This document shows positions 27,407 through 36,310 of a stretch of 64,000 bases of DNA, in pieces. A program made the translations under genes and the position numbers. The notes below the pieces were generated by a model. It made no database searches. It was not told the origin of the DNA and saw nothing but the letters and a program-made list of their open reading frames with translations. The stretch is from Schmidtea nova (Eukaryota), in assembly GCA_044892505.1 (NCBI GenBank), contig CM097882.1, positions 26,102,001 to 26,166,000 of the forward strand, written 5' to 3'. Each line of letters begins with the position of its first letter. Position 1 is the first letter of the stretch.

Positions 27407-29101
27407 CAGTGTTTCTCGAATATAAGACTCAATATTTTATTAATTTCACAGCGAAAAAACGAACTAGGTCTTATTTTCGATGTAGGTTTTATTTTTGTAA
27501 GGAAAACCAAAAATTCAAAACACGATACTTTATTAAACCTCAAGATTTATGCAATCAAAATTGTTTATTTGCTAAGAGCAACATACATTAACAAAATTAA
27601 ACATTAAAAAATATAAAATGAAACATTTATTCTAACACCATTTCATCATCTTCTGGGACGTCGTCATAACACATAAAACCTCAAACGCCACACTGTATTT
27701 CTTGCGAATGGATCTATTCTAGAATACATGGACCAAATTTCGTGTTTAGCATTATAACTTTCTTCGAAGGAACTCTTCTTGTTCAAATACCCTGCACGAA
27801 GTGCATTGACAACACAATTAGCAGTAACTTTATTCCATGAATTATTTACCAATTTCACGATTTCTGTCAGGTTTGGCTTAATAAAGTTTCAACATTAGTT
27901 TTTCTCCATTCTATATTCGATGTAATCATTAACTTCAATCCACAAATAATCCTTGAATGGTTTGTTGATGACAAGATCTAAAGATTGTAGGTATGAATTC
28001 ATTTCAGCGGGAATCATTATTTGATCAATTTTCCTCTTGCCCAGAAAATGTTTCATGTCTTTGACACGATGAGTGCTAGCCGAATCCCACACCAAAAAAC
28101 CTCTTTGAGAAACTCGAAGAATAGATGATAGAATTAAATCAACCTATTGTCTAATAACTGCTTGAGTGCACCATTGCTTTTTCCGTTTCAAGAACATAAA
28201 TTTCTGAAACCTTTTGTATTTTGTCTCTCTGCCTTTTTCAATTATAAGTGGTGGGACTTTCGTTCTATCAAGGCGAATTATCAAAACACAGATAACTCTT
28301 GCACTTTCGTATCAGTAGTTTTTGTTTCTTGGTCCATTATTATCCTTTGCAATTATATTGGAGAGATTATATTTAGAAAAGTCGATGGTATCAACAAAGT
28401 GCTTGAATGCAAGTTTACGTTTAATCACATCAACGTCTTCTAATTTGAACAGTGTTGTCGTTCTTCGCAAAGAAAGCTTATATAGCTGAGAGAAGTTATC
28501 CAACCAACTTTCTGATGCTTTGAATATCTCTGGAGATATATCTAAATGTGGTGCTGTTACAATAGCAAATGTTCGAATATCCGATCTTCTGTTCGCGATC
28601 CAATCATATGTGATATCTTCTAGTTCTGGAATTGAAGATTGCCGACCTGACCCCTCATCCATGTTCTTGCTGAGATTATCATACTCTGCTCGCCATTTAC
28701 GAACCAATCATAGATCCAACATCTACTTTCAGAAAGTCATAAGATTATTCGACAATTACCTTCTTGTACTCGACTCAATAACCTTTTCTTTTTGCCCTCA
28801 TCTTGTCTGGAGGACAAAATATTATTGGGTCTAAATTTAGAATTAAAATAAAACGTGCTTTTATTTAACACTTACGAAACAGTCGAAACGAACAGTAGAA
28901 ATACCAAAAATGTAAACAAACAGAAATCAAATAGAGCTAAAAATAGCTCATTGGCACGTGCAGCACAGCGGGTAAAATTTGTGAAAAACACCTCATCTTT
29001 TGATTCAATTTAATTATTCATTAGGTCTTATATTAAAACTATCTTGAAAAATTGTGGTAGGTCTTACTTTCAAGGTAGGTCAAATTATCGAGGAAATACG
29101 G
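27407..29101 (-). mobile_element. pogo/Tc2-like DNA transposon, defective
   Basis: Degenerate TIRs CAGTGTTTCTCGAATATAAGAC / GGTCAAATTATCGAGGAAATACGG, TA TSD. Confidence 0.85.
27627..28801 (-). pseudogene. pogo-family (CENP-B HTH + DDE_1) transposase pseudogene
   Basis: MRAKRKGY*VEYKK start; FKASESWLDNF..LSLRRTTT; VWDSASTH..IPAEMNSYLQSLDLVINKPFKD; ends EDDEMVLE*; multiple stops and frameshifts. Confidence 0.88.
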
Positions 29102-31097
29102 TAATATAATTTCACAGAATAGAATAAATTTGTATAGATTTTTTGACAATGTATATCACGAAGGAACTTTCTAAGATATTTTGCACGAAATAATTTGAAT
29201 GCCTTTGATCCATAAACATTTGTGAAACTTTTAATTAGAAAATGTATATAAAGCTTCAATAGCCTATATAAAAAGTGAACAACTTAGAATATTGAAGTAG
29301 ATTTGATATGTTTTCATTTTTATTTTTAAAGAGGAACATACTCCAAATCGGCCCTTGCATACCAATTATGGTTAATCATGTCTGATCTGACCTTTATTTA
29401 TTTGACGTTGAAAATTCGTGCAGAAAAGGAAAAACATACTGTGAATATGTAATTGTGTTCGCGGTTCATCTTTTTATATAATTATTATATTTATCAGCTT
29501 TAAATTTATTCATGTAAAAATTGCTTTTATCAATCATAGAAGCTCAGGATTGTTTTATTAAAATGCACTCATTTTATTAATTAGACTTTTCCTTTCCAAA
29601 CAATTCCAATTCAATAAACACAACTGAACTCTCCTCTACAGAAAAAGTAAATTTTATTTTCCACTCTTTTCTAGCTATTTTTAGGAAAGATTTAAGTCAA
29701 TCTCTATTATTATTCCAAGTTTTATGATAATTGGAATGGCATCAATTATTGTCCTAACAGTTTGTTGTGTGCTACATCAGACGTTTGTTATTGTTATTTT
29801 TCGATATTTTTTTAATATTAACAAAATTTAGGAAAAATGACACATCAGAAAAAATCTTTTTCAGTGTTAAAATTCAAAATCTCAACCAAGACAATAAATT
29901 TAATGTCCGGTTCGTTCTTTCGAAACCCGTTAAGGAATTGGCATAATAAACGATTTTATTTTTATTCTTAAATATTTTTATGAAATTTATTTTTATTTGG
30001 AATTCTAATAAAGTGTTAATTTGATTTTTTTATAGTTATATTTTAAGACTAATATTTAAGGCTACCATTTTTATGCACCACCCATTGTTCTATATTTACA
30101 TAGCATAAATTTTACTTCCTAAAAAAGAAAATTTTAAGCAAAGAAATAATTTTTGTTAAAATAGTAGTATTTTTTAAGAATTTTATTTCTCTTTTCGGTG
30201 GTGTTCTGCTAGCTGCGCAAAGATGTATGACATAGGATTTTGGCTCTCGAAAATTTGCCCGTTTGTGTATGGGTTGATTTATTTCTTAGTCATCCCAATT
30301 TGAATTATTTTTTTATACACATTCTAGAAAATTCATGTCTTAATCTATGTCTCTCTGATGTTCCTTGTTGTTACTGTACATTGTGGTTTAAAGTGAGCTC
30401 TGCATCAGAAATACTCTGCTTCCGGGTTCCTATCTGCCAATAGAAGGCCTTTTGCGTATGAGGATGAAATATAAGTAGCTTTTAATTCAGAGACGCAGTC
30501 TTAATTCTTTCCGTTCTCGCTCGTACCATGACTCTTGCATCTTCGAACATTTGCAATCTGTAATTGTGTTAGTCAGAATAATTATATTATTAAAAGTAAA
30601 GTAAAAGGATGATATTCTTTGATAATATTACGAAGTATAATTTCCGCATCGCCCTATTGACATACTATTATTCGACAATCATATAACACAAACAATTTAC
30701 TAAAATTCACAATGATAAGCAATTAAACACCAAAATATTTATTAAAATATGTTGGGCCCGCCAAATCACCTAAAAACACAATAAAACGAACAAAAGCATG
30801 AAACAATAAAGAAATAATAAAAATAAAAATAGCAAGAAAAACAAATTAAAAATAACAATAAAACGACAAATAATAATTGATAAATTTTCAGTAAAAGGAA
30901 ATTTTGAAAATAAACCGGTAAACAACCGCAAAAGGGGGCCTGAAATAAGAAAAAATAGAATTAAATAAAATAATAGTACAAATAATTAATTAATTACTTG
31001 GAAAATCAGGACCACCCAGCGAGAAACCGGAAAAGGAAACAAAATAATGTTTAGATTAGAATAAAATAATAAAAATACTTTGATGGACGGCCTGATC

Positions 31098-31135
31098 CTG
31101 ATTGGTCAATCCAACCAGACGGATCAGTATAAATA
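31098..31135 (+). promoter_or_regulatory. Putative LTR promoter (inverted CCAAT + TATA)
   Basis: CTGATTGG at ~31098 and TATAAATA at 31128-31135 (copy at 57600-57637); would imply a short U3 and ~2.7-kb R/U5. Confidence 0.55.
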
Positions 31136-32139
31136 CCGATCCAAAAATCATAACTCAACAGTTAAGACGTTTTACATTTCACTTACAATCAAGACTAAAC
31201 TTTGATTTAAGTAACATTTCATTTAACGAAGCGAGAATTTTTTGAAAAAACAGAATTCAAGTACGGAACGTAATTTTGATTGTTATTTTTTGTGTACCCA
31301 TGATTTTTGTTTGATTAAAATTTTATATGTAAACGTTATTTTATTTTTTCATTGATTATTGACACTTTAATGCATATAGCTATACTTCCTATGCTGCTCA
31401 CGCGGCGAGGGAGTCCGAGTCGTCGTCGTGGGGCCTCAGGGTCTCACATGGCGGTTCAACCTTTTTATTATTTAATTTAGATGTGAAGTTTTATCTAGAA
31501 AATTTGATTGAATTTTTAGTCTAATACAGACCATTTGCAAATTATTTAATTTTGGGTTGCACAACGGACGAAGGTCGAGGGCCAAATATGTAGATTGCGG
31601 AGGGCGGATGGATAAGGAGGGACACACCATGGTAGGGCATGCTCAGTCTTTAAATTTTTGGTAAATTGAATCGAAAGGGAACCTCCCGCATGGAAAACAG
31701 TGAGCAACAACTAAAATAAATTTGAATAATTTCGTTGGAATGAGAAAATCCAACGTAGTCCAAAGTCCGATTTCATTCGGAATCAGCATTTCGCCTACAA
31801 AATTTTAATATCGATAAATTCCGATCGCGATGGAATGCGTCGGAAAATCCAAATTAAATTAGTTACTAAAAATAGGCCGATCGTCGTATATGACGCGGTT
31901 TCCCAAGTTATTCTCCGATCGCTGTATATAGCGCGGAAATCTTGATTAAATTTGATAATTCCTGAATGCTGCATATAGCACAGGACTAATTATGAACTCT
32001 TTATTCCGACCGTGGTAGATCACGGCGGAGAGAAATAAAATTAATCTTATTTTTTAACGGTTGTGATTATATGCAACATAATTAAATTATCAACGAATTC
32101 CCCCTTAACTCATATTTATATCCAATAAATGTAATATAG

Positions 32140-32619
32140 ATGTCGACAGCTGAACTTACAAATCAATTAACGCAACTACGGAATATGGAGCAAGGGAATC
32201 TGCGGAATGAAAATATCTCGCAGCTCAAGGATCTACCAGCATCGATATTGCGAACCCTCAACTGCCAAATGTATAAGTGGCGACAGGGGTTTGGCCGAAA
32301 ATGCCCGTTCTCGATATGGACAGGAGGGCACGACCAAATACTCTATCGAGGAGGACCGAACTGGCCGATTTCTCAAAGGCCGTACTCAAACAAATTTGGC
32401 CGACTTGTCGTACTGATCAAGGACACCGATGGACAGACAAGCCGTGTAATTTATTGGGGGCATATCCCTCGTCGGGAACTATGCCAACTAGGCCTACACG
32501 AATTCCTGCCACGAAAACCGTTCGGCAAGGAGTGCCAGAAAGGACAACCCTCATTCTCTTGGGCTCGTCTCCGTCAGAAACCGATTAACAGCGAATTACA
32601 TAGCCTGTTTCGGAGATAA
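32140..32619 (+). CDS. LTR-encoded ORF-L1, 159 aa, unknown function
   Basis: ATG directly after TAG; GC-rich island in AT-rich LTR; identical in both LTRs; no family recognised. Confidence 0.5.
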   Translation: MSTAELTNQLTQLRNMEQGNLRNENISQLKDLPASILRTLNCQMYKWRQGFGRKCPFSIWTGGHDQILYRGGPNWPISQRPYSNKFGRLVVLIKDTDGQTSRVIYWGHIPRRELCQLGLHEFLPRKPFGKECQKGQPSFSWARLRQKPINSELHSLFRR

Positions 32620-32803
32620 GAACTGATTGTCAAATCTTTCAAATTGTGATTAAATATTAATATTCAGCAGTGTTTTTGTTATGTTGTTTTGAGTTTTGGT
32701 ATTGTGTTTTTAATAATTCATATTCGTAACCAAATAACCCTATGATCAGTTTCATTTTTCACATCATTTAATCATAGAGTAAATATCCTAAATAAATTAT
32801 AGA

Positions 32804-33400
32804 ATGAACCCAGATTTGATGCAGAAAGAATTGGAAAAGATGTGGCGGATTCGGAGAGCCCAGGATAAGGAATTGGGTCTCCTCAAGGCACAATTGATCA
32901 AAGCAGAGGCACAGATTGCATATTTGCGCAAAAGCTGGTTTGCTCCGGCCCGAATGAAGGAGCAAATCAGTAAAACCGAGCGCGCCCAACAGACTGCAGC
33001 CGATTACCAAATGGAATGGGAGGCTACAAAGATAGAACTCCGAAAATGCCTCCATTCCGTAACTGCCTCATACATCGAGAAGGAACTCAGAGAGCAAATC
33101 CGTCCGATTACGTACCAAGCTTGGACGGCAGAAAAGAAGACAGTAAACTCCATTGGAACGGATGTCCCCGATTTAATTGAAAGTCGGAATGAGACAGCTC
33201 CTCCAGCCAATTCAACCACTTCATCGGCGACTGCGCACCAGAAACGCAAGCGCATTGGGCAGAAACGGCGGAGACAGAGAAAATTATTTGCCCAGCAATT
33301 ACAAATCCAAGTCGATGGTCTACATCAGATGACTGAGGAAGCATTATTGACGGAGATTTTTCCTCCGGCGGGAGTTTTTACCGAACTCATTAAAAATTAA
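32804..33400 (+). CDS. LTR-encoded ORF-L2, 198 aa, coiled coil + basic NLS-like tract
   Basis: Heptad-rich N-half, KRKRIGQKRRRQRK; TAGA-ATG start context; AATAAA at the stop; identical in both LTRs. Confidence 0.65.
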   Translation: MNPDLMQKELEKMWRIRRAQDKELGLLKAQLIKAEAQIAYLRKSWFAPARMKEQISKTERAQQTAADYQMEWEATKIELRKCLHSVTASYIEKELREQIRPITYQAWTAEKKTVNSIGTDVPDLIESRNETAPPANSTTSSATAHQKRKRIGQKRRRQRKLFAQQLQIQVDGLHQMTEEALLTEIFPPAGVFTELIKN

Positions 33401-33874
33401 ATAAATTGTTGCATTGGCTTAAGAATCTCATCGTTCATTTAAATTGATTTAATTAACTTTACCAATGATTAAATAAAGATAGAACAAAAGTATAAATTCA
33501 GTTTACAAAATATCGAATAGAGATAATTAAATAATTAAGCGAGCATTCGTTGAAATACTTCTCGCAGACTGAGTAATGATAAAAATAAATTTTCTGAAAG
33601 ATTAACACGGAATACCTAAGGGGATGATTAAAGCGTAAGTCCTTCTAACGGCAGCAATGGACCCGTAAACATAAATGGGGAGTAGTACTAGCGATAGTGC
33701 TCACCTGCCCATCATTGTTTAACCACCCTGCGCATCACCAACTTGATTATATAGGGAAATAATCAAGGGCGCTTGAGTGTAAAATTGCAATTTTATGCAT
33801 GATCATGGATGAGGGATCCCTAGTCATTGTTAGAGCATTTTTCATCTAACCCCTCCATGAACCCAGCATAAATT

Positions 33875-33892
33875 TGGGGGCTCAGCCGGGAT
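33875..33892 (+). other. Primer-binding site, tRNA-Pro-like
   Basis: TGGGGGCTCAGCCGGGAT versus canonical tRNA-Pro PBS TGGGGGCTCGTCCGGGAT (2 mismatches), 6 nt after the 5' LTR. Confidence 0.8.
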
Positions 33893-33966
33893 CAACTTCG
33901 TTTTATCGGAAAAATGTAAACGTAAAATCTGCAGAGAGGTTTAAAATGCTCGTGTCAATTAATTTA

Positions 33967-33968
<2 letters not shown>

Positions 33969-33999
<31 letters not shown>
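33969..33999 (+). repeat. 31-nt poly(A) tract in the leader
   Basis: Direct count. Confidence 0.95.
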
Positions 34000-34000
<1 letters not shown>

Positions 34001-34227
34001 AGAAAGGTTATAATTAAATTTAAATTATTGTATAAAAATTAAAATAACAACACGGCAGTGAACAAAAGTGAATTTAAAAATTAAAATGCATGCATAGATA
34101 ATTTGTCGGGACGACAATTTTCGGAAACACGGGGAGGATTGATAAATATCAAAGATACAAAACGAAACATATTACTACTTTAAAAATGATAAAAATAACA
34201 GAGTTAAAACAATTATTTATTCAGTAA

Positions 34228-34689
34228 ATGGAGGAAAAACTGAAAGAAATTGAAGAATTTCTCAACACAGAAAGCGAAACATTAGAAACGATTGGCAAGA
34301 AAATAAACCGATTTAGAGAAATTGAATTTCAGGAACCCACAACACAGACTGAGGAAACAGATGAATTAATAAAGATAACAGAGAGAACAAGAAAAATCGA
34401 CATAAAGACCCGCTACAAATGGTACAGAACACGATTAGAAAATGCAGAACTAAACATTAAGTGCAGGCAAATAGAACAACGATTAACCCCAACATACAAT
34501 CAATGGAGGGCGCAGGGGGTAGAAGCAGCGAAAAAATACCGACAGTGCTATATATGTGAGGATAGGGAGATACAAATTATGTTTTTACCCTGCGGACATT
34601 TTCGTTTTTGTAAAATATGTGCCAGCAAATGCGACCTATGTCCTATGTGCAACCTGATGATTGACGATAAAATTATTGTGTATTTATAA
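34228..34689 (+). CDS. 153-aa protein with C-terminal IAP/MDM2-type C3HC4 RING (putative E3 ligase), no BIR
   Basis: CYICEDREIQIMFLPCGHFRFCKICASKCDLCPMC..IDDKIIVYL at the extreme C-terminus, as in IAP RINGs; coiled-coil-like N-terminus. Confidence 0.9.
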   Translation: MEEKLKEIEEFLNTESETLETIGKKINRFREIEFQEPTTQTEETDELIKITERTRKIDIKTRYKWYRTRLENAELNIKCRQIEQRLTPTYNQWRAQGVEAAKKYRQCYICEDREIQIMFLPCGHFRFCKICASKCDLCPMCNLMIDDKIIVYL

Positions 34690-35167
34690 TAAATGAAATT
34701 TGGATGGAATTTTATTGATTTATTAATAAGGAAATCATGGGTACAATTGTCATATATAAATAATTTTTGAGCTACTGCAAAGTAGTCCGATAGGAATCCA
34801 TTGGGAGGTACCGGTTGATCAACTTATTCAAGGTGTATAGAAAGGGGCCCATCGCAAATGTTGGAAAGTTTTTGTGATGTGATTGATCACCACATCCTGC
34901 ATTAATGGACCAACGCGATCTTTTTGTATATTTTGGTTGGGGAGAGAGATAGGGAAATCTTGATGGAGTAAAGCGCGCACAGAGAAAAATAAATAAAAAG
35001 TTGAAGCAGACTGATCAGGAATTAGTTATGATAGAATAAAGAGATAAACGACAATTTTGAGAGAATAAAAGGTGCATAGTCAGCTCGCATAGAGGTAGTT
35101 ATAACTCAGCTGAGAAATTTTAATCGCTAGCGAAGTTAAGAATTGTAATTAACCGGTTAAGTAAAGT

Positions 35168-35401
35168 TTATGAGATTTGTCCCTTGAAACAAAGGGTTAG
35201 GAGATTTGTCCCTTGAAACAAAGGGTTATGAGATTTGTCCCTTGAAACAAAGGGTTATGAGATTTGTCCCTTGAAACAAAGGGTTATGAGATTTGTCCCT
35301 TGAAACAAAGGGTTAGGAGATTTGTCCCTTGAAACAAAGGGTTATGAGATTTGTCCCTTGAAACAAAGGGTTATTAGCGGTTTGTCCCTTGAAAAAAAGG
35401 G
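35168..35401. repeat. 29-bp tandem array x8
   Basis: TTA(T/G)GAGATTTGTCCCTTGAAACAAAGGG; last copy diverged. Confidence 0.97.
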
Positions 35402-35445
35402 TTGAGGCCAATGAGCCATATTGAATGACCTAGCTAGGCGTTATT

Positions 35446-35700
35446 GAGAGATTAAATTGAGGCCAAGAGAGCCATTTGAGAGATTAAATTGAGGCCAAGA
35501 GAGCCATTTGAGAGATTAAATTGAGGCCAAGAGAGCCATTTGAGAGATTAAATTGAGGCCAAGAGAGCCATTTGAGAGATTAAATTGAGGCCAAGAGAGC
35601 CATTTGAGAGATTAAATTGAGGCCAAGAGAGCCATTTGAGAAATTAAATTGAGGCCAATAGAGCCATGTGAGATATAAAATTGAGGCCAGAAGAGCCATA
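35446..35700. repeat. 32-bp tandem array x8
   Basis: GAGAGATTAAATTGAGGCCAAGAGAGCCATTT; last two copies diverged; partial unit at 35402-35420. Confidence 0.97.
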
Positions 35701-36310
35701 GTGAACTATAGATATATCCGGATAAATAGTAATAGAGGGAATATAGACCCATAGTGTAATCGTCGACGAGATTTAGAGTAGTGCGCACTAGTAGTTAAGA
35801 GAATGCGAGTAAAGCTGATTATGCAACCTTAAGTAAAGCATGCAAGGAGAATAATAAAAATTGGAGCTGACCGGAGAACCGGCAGAATGAGTAAAACGAT
35901 TGCTAGCAGGGAATAATGAGTAGAGATGATATAATAATGATAAACGAGTCAGAAAGACTCAGGGAATTAGAGCGCTCGAGCGACCAATAAATTGGGAGAC
36001 TGTGGGAAAAGTAATTGATTGGATAAAGTATAGATAATTATTACGACATAAATAGATAATTGTGACCAGTCTATAGATAATTTAAATAGACTAAAAATAA
36101 AGGGGAATCTGGGAATTGGGAAATAATGAAAACCCAGTAATAAGTAATCCCGAAAGAAAGGGAATAAAAGCGCGACGATAACAATAATGTATCGTTGAGG
36201 ACCTTTGTATTTTAGATATACAAATCAATCAAATCAATCAATCAAGCAAGAAGAATCAGAAAAACGATAAGAGATAGAACAGGAAAATTGAGTATACAAA
36301 AGTAATCCCC

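Larger units (their letters stand above)
30750..33868 (+). repeat. 5' LTR
   Basis: TGTTGGG...CCCAGCA; matches 57252-60370 (one mismatch seen, 30958 g vs 57460 t). Confidence 0.98.

Noticed and set aside
31385-31450. GC-rich LTR patch as a hammerhead/HDV/twister ribozyme
   Set aside because: Could not find the conserved catalytic cores by eye; an Infernal search would be needed.
32207-32588. 69-aa and 103-aa ORFs overlapping ORF-L1 (and 3' LTR copies)
   Set aside because: Alternative frames of a GC-rich island; weaker start context and no recognisable features.
34228-34689. Calling the RING ORF a true IAP
   Set aside because: No BIR motif (CX2CX16HX6C) seen in this ORF or elsewhere in the element.
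35168-35700. 29/32-bp arrays as CRISPR
   Set aside because: Head-to-tail repeats with no unique spacers, no cas genes, eukaryotic context.
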